Shown here: positions 38,907-48,118 of the stretch, piece after piece
Position numbering within the stretch: position 1 is the stretch's first letter
How the letters are laid out: the number at the start of each line of letters is the position of its first letter
Assembly: GCA_050015075.1 (NCBI GenBank)
Contig: JBEKCB010000010.1
Location: 1-64,000, forward strand
DNA from: Candidatus Brocadiia bacterium
GTDB taxonomy: Bacteria > Planctomycetota > Brocadiia > CAIUPP01
Length of the DNA: 64,000 nucleotides
Direction of reading: 5' to 3'
The notes under the pieces: model-generated
Seen by the model: only the letters and a program-made list of their open reading frames with translations
What the model was told of the DNA's origin: nothing
Database searches by the model: none
Program-made: the position numbers and the translations under genes

Positions 38907-39332
38907 TCATGACTCTCTTCCGGGCGGTTGGTCGCGCAGCTGGTAGTTGTGCCAAGCGATCGTCAGCAGCCATCGCACTTGAAACGCCAAAGTTGCTACA
39001 CCTGCGGCGAAATCACCGTAGTTGAGCAGTTGGCCCGGTCCTACCCCTTTATGAAGTTCGGCCAAGCTAAAATACTCCAACACCGCGTAAGTCGGCAGGA
39101 ACAGCGCGAGAAACACGCAGGCGAGCATCCACAGGCCGCGCTCATGCTTCCATTTCCCGAACGCGCCGCCGCTCGCACCGAGGCCGATCAGGAAAACGCA
39201 TGTGCACAGTCCCAGACCGCTGGACAGGCGGCATCCCAAGGCGAACAGCGCCGCCCCGGCCAGCATGATCCACCGAAAGCGCCGGATCACCCAGTCAACT
39301 GTTTCAGGCTTCAGAAAGAGTGACATCTGCAT
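38907..39332 (-). CDS. Small multi-TM membrane protein
   Basis: About four hydrophobic segments; starts 21 bp after the CHAT-1 stop on the same strand. Confidence 0.7.
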   Translation of the reverse strand: MQMSLFLKPETVDWVIRRFRWIMLAGAALFALGCRLSSGLGLCTCVFLIGLGASGGAFGKWKHERGLWMLACVFLALFLPTYAVLEYFSLAELHKGVGPGQLLNYGDFAAGVATLAFQVRWLLTIAWHNYQLRDQPPGRES

Positions 39333-39352
39333 TCCCGCGCGGGATCCGCCAA

Positions 39353-42106
39353 TTATCGGTAATCGCCGTAAAGCACGAACGCTCCCCAGTAATAAGGATT
39401 CTCGTACTTCTTCATCATCGTAAGCTGCGCCTTTTGAAGCGCTTCAGACTTCGTGAGCCCTGCCAGGAGGTTCTTGTAGAAGAGTTCCATAAGCTCTGCG
39501 GTCGCGCGGTCGTCCACGCACCAGAGGCTCGCCAGGACGCTCGGCGTGCCGGCATACAGGAAGGCGCGCGTCATGCCCATGAACTCGAACCCGCTTCCGG
39601 TGACCTCGCCTGTGCCGGTATTGCAGGCGCTCAGGGTAACCAGGCCGGCGTCGAGGTTCAGATCGAAGATCTCCCGCACGGTGAGCACGCCGTTGTTTTC
39701 ATTATCCCCCGCCAGCCGAAGATTCGAGAGCATCGGCTCCGTCTGATCCATGACGCCGTGACAGGCCAGGTGCAGCACGTCGTAACCCGGAGACAGCTTG
39801 ACGAAGGCGCTCTTGCTCGCCTCGGCGCCTCGCAGGAGGACGCTCTGCGGGAATAGCTTCCCCACGGACTCCGCCTCGACCTCCGCGAACTTCAGTACCG
39901 AGCCGGCCTCCACCAGTTGCGGATTGGCAAGGATCAATGCCTTTTCCATCTTCGGTTTACGTTTTGCCTGACAGAACTTCAGGACAGATCCGCTGGGCGC
40001 GCAGGAGATCGAATAATCCTCCAAGAGATAACGCCCGTTCTCGTCCTTCAGGCAGGCGAACGGGACCAGGTTCATGCCGCCGTATGGCACAATGATGATT
40101 TGCTTCGTTTTTATATAGGGCCTGACGGGTTTGAAGAATTCTTTGTACAGTTCTTGACAGGCTTTGTCCCAGTCTGGATCGGCCCGGGCCTTGGCGGCGG
40201 AATTATCGCCGGCTTTCCGGAAACGCTGGCACAGGCGCTGAACTCGATCATACTGAAAGTCCACACCATGAATGACCTGGAAGCTGTCTCGTGTGACAAT
40301 AGCAATGAAACACTCGTCGTCCTCCCCATTGATCCCTGGCCCGGTTTGGCCGGAATACTCGATCAGCGTGGCCTCGCCGAGGATTTCCTGGATCTGCGGC
40401 AACGTCAGCGGGTCCACCCGGGTCAACGACGTGATTTCCTGATCGGCAAGGCGGACATGCGCTTGCACGGTTTCGAGCGCCTGCGACTGGACCGCCAAGT
40501 CGCGTCGGGCGCTGCGAAGCCCATCCGCCTGACCCGTTTTTTGCAGGAGCGCGACTTGATCCTGGAGTTGAGCCACTTGTGTTTGCAGAGCCTGCACTTG
40601 CATGCGCCGCTGATCATTGAGTTGCTCCCGTGTCTGAGTCGTCTTCCCGCCCATGAGAGCCAGGAACGACGCGGCCCTCGCCCGCTCCGAGGTGAGAAAG
40701 ACCTCCTCGTACCGGCCCAGATGCAAGCAGGCCGCTATTACGGAGCCATATGTGAAGCGGAAGCTCTCAAAACTCAAGGCGGCCCGTTTGGCGCGCTCAT
40801 CAATAACCCGGTTCACATCTTTCTCAAAGTTTGTGACCTGCGCCATTGACTGCTCGTATTCGGATTTGAAGTAATGTTGGTCCTTCTCCGGGTCGGGGTC
40901 AACGGGAGGATAACCACATTCGCGCAAGAGCGCATTCTCCTTATCATAATTCTTCATCTCCGCATATCTTAAGGCCATCGTGTACTTGCACAGCGTCGCC
41001 TCCCCGTTCCATCCGTGCTTTTCGGCGATGGCCAGGGCGTGCTCCAACTCGCCGATAGCCAAGTCGTAGCGAAACTGGCCGGACCAGACCCAATAACTGT
41101 TCGCCAGCACATGGTAAGCGTCGTAAAGCGTCCGATCATCGTTGCCCCGCTTTGCCGCTTCCACTGCAGCCAGAGCGTGCTCATGAGCGGGTTTGCCGCG
41201 CGGGCCCCGCACTTCCTCTACCCGGTTGGCGAAGCCATGATACATGAAAATTTGCGCGGCGGCCGCGTGCGCCCGACTTAGAAGGCAAGGGTCCTTGGAT
41301 TTTTCCGCTGCCGTGATGGCGCGCGGGATAAACGCTTCACCCCTGTCGTAGTCATTCATCACAGTGGCGCAATTGATCCGCGCGATCAGGGCCTCTGTGT
41401 GTTCAGGATTGATCGCGATCGCCTTGTCAAGCCAAAGCGCCTCCTGCGACGGCCTTGTGAGTCTGTTATACCCCTGGCTGACGCGGAAAGCTGAATCCGC
41501 CGAAGGCTTGTCCATGAACTCTTTCTCTGCGGCGCGGATGGACTTGGTCGCGTCGTCATTTCTCTTGATCCAGTACTCGACTTCCTGAACCTTAGCCTGC
41601 GCTCCGACGCGCTGGTAGTGCGCCAGCGCGCGAGGCGCGTCATTGGCGCCGGACCGGTCAGGAGTCCAGCGCGGGACGAAACCATAGTAGTAGTCGCCCA
41701 GGAGAATATCCGGTTGAGCAGCGTGAATGCGCACGTAACGCACCTTCGGGTACATCTCGGCGGCTAGGGAGAGAAATTTCTCGCCCTGGACTGTCGCGCC
41801 CGTTTTCATGCAAGAGTCGCCCAGCCGATAGAGCAGTTCGAAGTCCCGGCAACCCAGTTCGTAAGCCTTTTCAAAACTCAAGCGCGCCTTGAACGCGTCC
41901 TCCTCGACAAGCAAGAGCTCGAGTCCGTCGCGGACGCAGTTGTCCCACTTGGGATCATGTTGGCCGATTTCCATATACTCGACGAGGCTGCACTGATATT
42001 CGCATCTGGGCTGGTCCGGCTGGGGCGAGGCGAGACTGCCGCGCATGCAGAAACCGCCGGCGAACAAAACGGCCAATGTGAACACGGCCTTCTTCGCATT
42101 TTCCAC
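39353..42106 (-). CDS. Signal-peptide TPR-CHAT caspase-like protease (CHAT-1)
   Basis: IIVPYGGMNLVPF, catalytic HLACHG and VTLSACNTG, SLWCVDD, NPYYWGAF; TPR-like N-terminal half; hydrophobic N-terminus. Confidence 0.93.
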   Translation of the reverse strand: MENAKKAVFTLAVLFAGGFCMRGSLASPQPDQPRCEYQCSLVEYMEIGQHDPKWDNCVRDGLELLLVEEDAFKARLSFEKAYELGCRDFELLYRLGDSCMKTGATVQGEKFLSLAAEMYPKVRYVRIHAAQPDILLGDYYYGFVPRWTPDRSGANDAPRALAHYQRVGAQAKVQEVEYWIKRNDDATKSIRAAEKEFMDKPSADSAFRVSQGYNRLTRPSQEALWLDKAIAINPEHTEALIARINCATVMNDYDRGEAFIPRAITAAEKSKDPCLLSRAHAAAAQIFMYHGFANRVEEVRGPRGKPAHEHALAAVEAAKRGNDDRTLYDAYHVLANSYWVWSGQFRYDLAIGELEHALAIAEKHGWNGEATLCKYTMALRYAEMKNYDKENALLRECGYPPVDPDPEKDQHYFKSEYEQSMAQVTNFEKDVNRVIDERAKRAALSFESFRFTYGSVIAACLHLGRYEEVFLTSERARAASFLALMGGKTTQTREQLNDQRRMQVQALQTQVAQLQDQVALLQKTGQADGLRSARRDLAVQSQALETVQAHVRLADQEITSLTRVDPLTLPQIQEILGEATLIEYSGQTGPGINGEDDECFIAIVTRDSFQVIHGVDFQYDRVQRLCQRFRKAGDNSAAKARADPDWDKACQELYKEFFKPVRPYIKTKQIIIVPYGGMNLVPFACLKDENGRYLLEDYSISCAPSGSVLKFCQAKRKPKMEKALILANPQLVEAGSVLKFAEVEAESVGKLFPQSVLLRGAEASKSAFVKLSPGYDVLHLACHGVMDQTEPMLSNLRLAGDNENNGVLTVREIFDLNLDAGLVTLSACNTGTGEVTGSGFEFMGMTRAFLYAGTPSVLASLWCVDDRATAELMELFYKNLLAGLTKSEALQKAQLTMMKKYENPYYWGAFVLYGDYR

Positions 42107-42155
42107 GGCGCTGCTCCTGGTCGTCTCGCTTTCGGCTCAAAAAGCGATCCGACGG

Positions 42156-43715
42156 TTACTGGGACACGGAAACACTGAACTTCCGCGTTCTAGCATCGAA
42201 CTGAAGGCGCTGCTTGTTCGCCTGAAACCACGCCCGCAACTCTTCGTCGCTGCCGCGCTGATCGGTGTAAGTCAGCATCAGGTCTCGGGGCGAGAGGCGA
42301 TAGTCCTCCGGGATCCAAGGTTTGGAGAGGAAGTCCGCCGCGAATTCCAGCCCTTCGACCATGCCGTAGTCAAGCAACACCACGACCATTCTCGTGCGCC
42401 ACCTATTCCCGGAACGCAGCCATGCTTTTTGAATCAACGCCGGCGGCAGGACAAGGCCCGGGATGCGCTGGATGGCTTCATAAGTAATGCCCGGATCGGT
42501 GCCATAGGCGAAGTACCACTTCAGGTCTTCGTATGTGGCCGGATCGCGCAGGTCGGCGACCGCTTCGAGCCACTCCGCGGGCAGGTAATCCGGATGCTCA
42601 GCGAGGCGTTTAACCAGAATCGGCTTGGCTTCCTGGGTCCACTGACGCAAGCGCACGACCGAGGCAAGATCGTAATCCATCTCAAGCGATCCCAGAATCA
42701 GGGACTTGTCCTCGTCGGTGGCCATCCGTTCGATGCATCGAAGGCATGCCCGCCCGATGTATGGATCGGCCCGATTCAAAAGAAGGAGGTCCAGGTAGTT
42801 GTGGCCGACCGGCTCCAGGTAGGCCGCGATCCACTCCGAATCCGCGGGGTCGTCGGACGCGCGCGCGGCCTCTGCTACCTGCCGCAAGTACATCCGGACC
42901 GCGTCCCGGTCAGCGCCGGAGGGCAACCTGAGTTGTTCTGACTGGCCCGTTTTTTCGTCATGCGCCAAGTCGAGATTCCAAGGCAGCTTGACCCACGGGC
43001 TGTCGGAGTCTGTGCGAAACTTTTCGAGCAGCTTTTTGTATTCCTCTCCTTCGCGCAGAGTTTGTTGCAGCGACCAGAAACGCCGGCCGATGAGATAGTT
43101 GTTTCCAAGGTCTTCCCACGAGTCAAATGTGCTCTGCAAAGCCCGGGCGACAGGCATGATGCGCTCCCAGGCTTCGGCTTCCGACAGGTAGCCGACACAG
43201 TATCCCCAGCGGCATACCGAAACATAGCGGCAGTAGTCCCAACCCAGGATACTTTTCTTGCCCAGCCGCTTGTAATATTGCGCTGCAACCTCCATAGCAG
43301 AGTTCGCCTGCGCATTGTTCTTATTCTTCGCCCTGAGGGTGTTCAGCTCATCAGGAGTCAGCGCGGCGATGGTGGACCCCATCCTCTCAAACCGCGCGCG
43401 GTGTCCCTCTTGTTGGAGCCAGCGCAGCGTGTTAAGGAGGTCCTCGCGGTTCGAGACGCTCCACGATCCTCGGAGGGACATCTTCCACCCGCTGATGTCG
43501 CTTGCAGTCCTCTCGCACCCGGCGAGCAGGTCATGACGTCCATGGTTCCGTTCCGTGAGAAGTGCGCACGTCGCAAGCGCCCAGAGTTTTTGGTCACTGA
43601 GTTTGTGCAGCGAGGCAAGGTCCGCCGATCGCTCATCTTTGTCGGACGGCGTCCCGCCTTGCGCTGCCGCGCCAACAACGACCGCGCAAAAGAACAATGA
43701 GACAAATCGCATCAT
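42156..43715 (-). CDS. Secreted DUF1266 (YbeU/YbeR-like) protein with a C-terminal domain shared with 46615-48000 and 48119-49549
   Basis: Signal peptide; GWDYCR...RWGYCVGYLSEAEAW...FDSWEDLGNNYLIGRRFW; C-terminal LRDPATYEDL...WFQANK. Confidence 0.82.
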   Translation of the reverse strand: MMRFVSLFFCAVVVGAAAQGGTPSDKDERSADLASLHKLSDQKLWALATCALLTERNHGRHDLLAGCERTASDISGWKMSLRGSWSVSNREDLLNTLRWLQQEGHRARFERMGSTIAALTPDELNTLRAKNKNNAQANSAMEVAAQYYKRLGKKSILGWDYCRYVSVCRWGYCVGYLSEAEAWERIMPVARALQSTFDSWEDLGNNYLIGRRFWSLQQTLREGEEYKKLLEKFRTDSDSPWVKLPWNLDLAHDEKTGQSEQLRLPSGADRDAVRMYLRQVAEAARASDDPADSEWIAAYLEPVGHNYLDLLLLNRADPYIGRACLRCIERMATDEDKSLILGSLEMDYDLASVVRLRQWTQEAKPILVKRLAEHPDYLPAEWLEAVADLRDPATYEDLKWYFAYGTDPGITYEAIQRIPGLVLPPALIQKAWLRSGNRWRTRMVVVLLDYGMVEGLEFAADFLSKPWIPEDYRLSPRDLMLTYTDQRGSDEELRAWFQANKQRLQFDARTRKFSVSVSQ

Positions 43716-43773
43716 GGCGTCATCCTTTTTAGGCGCGCAAGTCCGCAACAACGCCTCAGACCGATACTTCCAA

Positions 43774-46590
43774 TCATCTATAGTCTCCGTACAACACAAA
43801 CGCTCCCCAGTAATAAGGGTTCTCATACCTCTTCATCATCACCAGTTGCGCCTGCTGCAATGCCTCGGCGCGGCCCATGGTTTTCAGGTTCTTGTAGAAT
43901 TCGGCCATCAGTTCGCTGGTCGCGCGGTCATCGAGCTTCCAGAGGCTGACCACGACCGACGGCGCGCCGGCGAGGAGCCACGCGCGGCTCATGCCGACGA
44001 GCTCGACCCAGCCGGTGGACATGCCGCCGGATCCGCTTTCGCACGCGCTGAGCACCACCAGGCCTGCCTTCACCGGATAGCTGCAGATCTCGCTGGCGGT
44101 CAGCCTGCCGTCGCTTTGATCGTCGGGCGCCAAAGCCAGCGCGGATTTCATCGGGTAATCCGCGTTCAGCAATCCGTGACAGGCGAAATGCAGGACGTCG
44201 GCCGTGGTCAGCGCCTGCTTGACCGCCGTCGCGGTGGCTTGCGCGCCGAGGAGCACGTTCGCCTTCGGGAAGACTTCGCGGATCGCGGCGGCTTCCATTT
44301 CGGCGAACTTGAGCGATGAGTTCGGGTTGGGCAGCGCGGGGTTGGCGATGACGGTGACTTCGCCGCCGACCCGGCGGTTCCGGGCCAGAGCATAGCGCAG
44401 GACGCCGAAGCTGGGGACGTAACTGACGCTGTGCTCCTCGAGCAGCAGCTTGCCGGCCGGGTCGCGCAGCAGGTGCATCGGCACTTGGACGAGCAGCCCG
44501 CCGGGAATGATGATCAGATGCTTGCGCGACTTGATGTCGTCGGCGACCGGCTTGAGGAGCAGTTCGTAGAGCGCGTCGTTGGCCTTGCGCAGTTCGGCGG
44601 GATCGGGCCCGGGCGCAGGCGTCTGGATGGCTTTGACGTAGAGTTGCACGATGGGCTCGATACCCGGCTTTGTGTCACCCGCATCCGGGAGGAAGAGCCC
44701 GCGGCAAGGGTAAACCTTGCATTCCGTGTCGGTCACAAAGGCAATGAAGCCTTCATCCACGAAGCGCACCCACGGGACGAAATACAGGAGGACCGCCGCG
44801 TCGGCAGGCAGCAGCGCCTGCATCTGCTTCACCGTCATGTGCGGCGGGATCTTCGCGCCGGTGACCTCGAGTTCGTCGGCCGCGACGTCGGCGCTGACCT
44901 GTTGAAGGGCGGTGGCCTGGACCTGAAGGTCCCGCTGGACGGATTCGACGGCGGCGGCATCGGAAGTCTGCCGCGCCAGGGCCAATTGGCGAGTGAGCGC
45001 GGCCACGTGCGATTGCGCCGCCGACTGGGCGTCCTTGCGCTGCGCCAGGGAGGCGGCCTTGCTCTCTTCGAATTTGGCGCCGAGGATCATGCCGAGGGTG
45101 CGGTTCAGCAGGCGCTCGGCGATCTCAACGGCCTCGTCCTGCTTCCCGAGGTGCATACAGGCCGTAATGGCATAGTCATATGCCCCGCGCTGGTTAGCGC
45201 CGACGACCTCGCGCTGGAGCCGTTCATTGGGCGCACGCAGCGTCATTTGCTCGAAACCGTCTATGCTGGGCTTCTCGTGGTCATAGATGTACTGCCAGTC
45301 ACCGCGCTGGACGCGAACGACGATGTGCGGTTGGATGCCGGCCTTTCGGGCCCATTCTTCGGACTCATCCAGCTTGCCCATAAAGGCGAGACGCTGCGCA
45401 ATCATGAACATCGAGTCGTGGGTGCGGTCGGTCCAATGATTTTTCTGCGCCAGCGCGAAGGCCTTTTCGTAATATTCGACGGACGTATCGCCTCCGACCC
45501 CGAGAAAGCCCATTTGGATAAAAGCGCGGAAGCGCAGGTTGTCATTGTTCAATTCTTCGGCAATGGCCCCGGCGCGCGCCGCCAGTTCACGGCGGTTGTA
45601 CTGGCGGAGCCTCTCGATGTTCGCCGGATCGGGATTTTCGAGGAGGTTATCCCAGACAAAAGCCGCCTGCGTGTGGAGCACCCAGAACAGACACTCGCGG
45701 TCCCCGGACTTCTCGACGATCTGGATCGCTTTAACACCGAAATCCTCCGCCTCTTTCCACTTCTTGACCCCGCACAAAATGAAGTGGTGCATGCGAACGA
45801 CGTCGGGGTCTTCGGGCGCATTGGCCAGGAGCACCTCCGAGGCCGGCAGGGCTTTGGCGAAGTCCATCCACTTGTGGTGATTCTCCCAATCATCAGCCCG
45901 GTGACCGTTCGCCGTGCCTGGCAGATTGTTAAATGGGCTCCAGTTGCGCTCGGCCTCCGCTTCAAGGACTTTAAGGACTTTCCTGGCCGCGGCCACGCTG
46001 GGTTCGGCGGCGGCTTTCGCCAATGTGTCTGCTTTTTCCTCTTCACCTTTGGCGAGGGACTCTATCGCCGGCAGGTTATCCGCCAACTGCTGCTTCTCGG
46101 GGCAGTCCGGGTAGGCCTCCAGCGCCGCGCGGACCAGCTTGCCGGCTTCCACCACTTCCGCCGGCCGTCCCTGGCCGAGATCAGCGTAGGCCTGCCATTG
46201 CAGGCATGCGCCGCGCACCCAGGTGCGCACCCACTCGGGCCGGCCGGGCTCTGCGGCGGCCGCAGCGCCCTTGCCCAGGATGTCGTGGCTCGCGGACAGG
46301 TCGTTCGATTCGAACAGGAGGTATCCATACATGAGGAGCACCGTCGGGTCTTTGGCGCCGCCCTCGATGAGCGGCTTCAATTCCGCCAGCGCTTCGTCAC
46401 GATTCTTCCTGAGCGCGAGCGCAGCCTTGTAAACGGCTGCATCAACCTTGAGGTCCGGCTCGCCGTAGGCGGAGTAGAGACTGTACCAACTGAATTGGGA
46501 CCAGAGGGTGATCCGGTACCCTTGGTCAGCACTCGCGGCCACGCTCGTCATTCCGAGCGCCAGTGCGAGTGCAATCATTTTGAAGCGCAT
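43774..46590 (-). CDS. Signal-peptide TPR-CHAT caspase-like protease (CHAT-2)
   Basis: Clear signal peptide MRFKMIALALALGMTSVAASA; HFACHG, VVLSACESG, SLWKLDD; C-terminus YENPYYWGAFVLYGDYR identical to CHAT-1. Confidence 0.93.
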   Translation of the reverse strand: MRFKMIALALALGMTSVAASADQGYRITLWSQFSWYSLYSAYGEPDLKVDAAVYKAALALRKNRDEALAELKPLIEGGAKDPTVLLMYGYLLFESNDLSASHDILGKGAAAAAEPGRPEWVRTWVRGACLQWQAYADLGQGRPAEVVEAGKLVRAALEAYPDCPEKQQLADNLPAIESLAKGEEEKADTLAKAAAEPSVAAARKVLKVLEAEAERNWSPFNNLPGTANGHRADDWENHHKWMDFAKALPASEVLLANAPEDPDVVRMHHFILCGVKKWKEAEDFGVKAIQIVEKSGDRECLFWVLHTQAAFVWDNLLENPDPANIERLRQYNRRELAARAGAIAEELNNDNLRFRAFIQMGFLGVGGDTSVEYYEKAFALAQKNHWTDRTHDSMFMIAQRLAFMGKLDESEEWARKAGIQPHIVVRVQRGDWQYIYDHEKPSIDGFEQMTLRAPNERLQREVVGANQRGAYDYAITACMHLGKQDEAVEIAERLLNRTLGMILGAKFEESKAASLAQRKDAQSAAQSHVAALTRQLALARQTSDAAAVESVQRDLQVQATALQQVSADVAADELEVTGAKIPPHMTVKQMQALLPADAAVLLYFVPWVRFVDEGFIAFVTDTECKVYPCRGLFLPDAGDTKPGIEPIVQLYVKAIQTPAPGPDPAELRKANDALYELLLKPVADDIKSRKHLIIIPGGLLVQVPMHLLRDPAGKLLLEEHSVSYVPSFGVLRYALARNRRVGGEVTVIANPALPNPNSSLKFAEMEAAAIREVFPKANVLLGAQATATAVKQALTTADVLHFACHGLLNADYPMKSALALAPDDQSDGRLTASEICSYPVKAGLVVLSACESGSGGMSTGWVELVGMSRAWLLAGAPSVVVSLWKLDDRATSELMAEFYKNLKTMGRAEALQQAQLVMMKRYENPYYWGAFVLYGDYR

Positions 46591-46614
46591 GGGCGGAGTC
46601 CTTTCTGCGGTTTC

Positions 46615-48000
46615 TTACGGTGCCGGCACGAACCTTCGCCGGTTCTCGTCGAACGCAAGTTTCCCTTTATTGGCTTCAAACCATGCGTGGATATCCTTGT
46701 CCGACCCGCGCAGGCCCGTCCGTTCGCGTATTGCCTTGCCCAACTTTTCACTGTACCAATCATTTGTGGCCGGCGAATCAAATCTCGCCACAGCGAATTC
46801 CAGTGCATCCATGAAGCCGTAATCCATGGCCGCCGCGGCCACCTGGCACCGGAACTCTGCTTTGATGCCGGTCCACGACTTCGAGGCAGTCCACACGCGT
46901 GCGACAGCGTCCTTTAACTGAATGCCGGGCAGATTCTTGATGTCGTCGTAAATATTGAGGCCGTTCTGGTTGTTCTCAAAATGCCAGACGAGGTCATCAT
47001 AGGCGGCAGGATCGCGCAGTGCGGCGGCAGCGTGCAGGACCCCCACGTCCGTGTACGGCGAGCGCTCCGCGATGCGCTCCAGGAGGAATGGGCGCATCTC
47101 CTGAATCCATCCCAGGCGCTGCATGGGATCGGCAAGGAATTCCCGGAGGGGCAACCATTTCAGCAGCAACGCCTTGTGCTCGGGCCGCACCAGGCTCTTC
47201 ACGGCCGCCTCCACGTCATTGTGAGTTATCAATATCTGCAGGCCGGAGGTCACGTTGGTGCCCCAGATTTCAAGGAGCACGTCGAGGTTCTCCGGCCCCA
47301 CCTTTTCCAGCATAGCGATTTCCGGGTCGTTCCATGCGGGGGCGGGTCTCTTAACGGCCTGCAAAAGGACCTGACGGGCGTAGGCGCGCGCCTGTTCCTT
47401 GGTCGGATGGGAGGGCAAGGTGAGCGCGGCCAGGTGACTGCTTTGTTCCTGTTGGACCGCGAGTTGCTTTTTGGCCTGCTGCAGACCGGACTCGGCCTCC
47501 TTGCGGATCTGTTCGTCAACCTCGGGCGCGCGGATGGAGAGCGCCAGTTCGAAGGACTCAACAGCCTCTTTATATTTGCCGCGTGACTGGTAATTCCATC
47601 CCTGCAAATTCTCGCAGTAAAAGCGAATGAAGTCCAGTTCCGGTTTTCCCGCGGAACGCGCGAGCGCCAATTTGAAACGTTCGACGTTGGTGCCGTAGTT
47701 GTTGCCGGTCAGGGCTAGGTTCCGGGCGTCAATGAAGAGCGTGACGGGGGAGCGGCAGCCCGCCGCGTACGCCTTCTCCAGCGCCTCCACCGAAAGGGCC
47801 AACTGCGCCGAGTCTGTGCGGCCGGTCTTTGGGTCGTACGCCTTCGCCCAGTGGTCAATCCCCTCGCGGACAAGGGCGTCCCACTTCGGGTCCGTATCGC
47901 CGAGTTTCTGATACTTCTCATACCACCAATTTGCATCTTGGCCGAAAGCCGTCGCCGAGAGCAGAAATACCAGCATCGAGAATGCGAAACGGAGTTTCAT
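46615..48000 (-). CDS. Secreted TPR-containing partner protein A
   Basis: Signal peptide ending TAFG; DPKWD motif; TPR GKYKEAVESFELAL; shared C-terminal domain. Confidence 0.85.
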   Translation of the reverse strand: MKLRFAFSMLVFLLSATAFGQDANWWYEKYQKLGDTDPKWDALVREGIDHWAKAYDPKTGRTDSAQLALSVEALEKAYAAGCRSPVTLFIDARNLALTGNNYGTNVERFKLALARSAGKPELDFIRFYCENLQGWNYQSRGKYKEAVESFELALSIRAPEVDEQIRKEAESGLQQAKKQLAVQQEQSSHLAALTLPSHPTKEQARAYARQVLLQAVKRPAPAWNDPEIAMLEKVGPENLDVLLEIWGTNVTSGLQILITHNDVEAAVKSLVRPEHKALLLKWLPLREFLADPMQRLGWIQEMRPFLLERIAERSPYTDVGVLHAAAALRDPAAYDDLVWHFENNQNGLNIYDDIKNLPGIQLKDAVARVWTASKSWTGIKAEFRCQVAAAAMDYGFMDALEFAVARFDSPATNDWYSEKLGKAIRERTGLRGSDKDIHAWFEANKGKLAFDENRRRFVPAP

Positions 48001-48104
48001 GTCAATCCCTCATTTGTCATCACCGGCTTCAACTCCGCCAGCGCCGCGCCACGGACCTTCCTGAGGCCGAGCGCCAGTACGAGGGCGATCATTTTGAAGC
48101 ACAT
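47997..48104 (-). pseudogene. Internally deleted remnant of a CHAT-2-like 5' end (35 codons)
   Basis: MCFKMIALVLALG-LRKVRGAALAELKPV matches CHAT-2 MRFKMIALALALG[46 aa]LRKNRDEALAELKPL; the upstream AAAGGACT RBS region is also conserved. Confidence 0.85.
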
Positions 48105-48118
48105 GGGTGAAGTCCTTT

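Noticed and set aside
44431-46917. 828-aa plus-strand ORF, and similar long antisense ORFs (3010-4833, 22735-24963, 51365-52915)
   Set aside because: Antisense shadows of well-supported genes, expected in high-GC DNA; no recognisable motifs.
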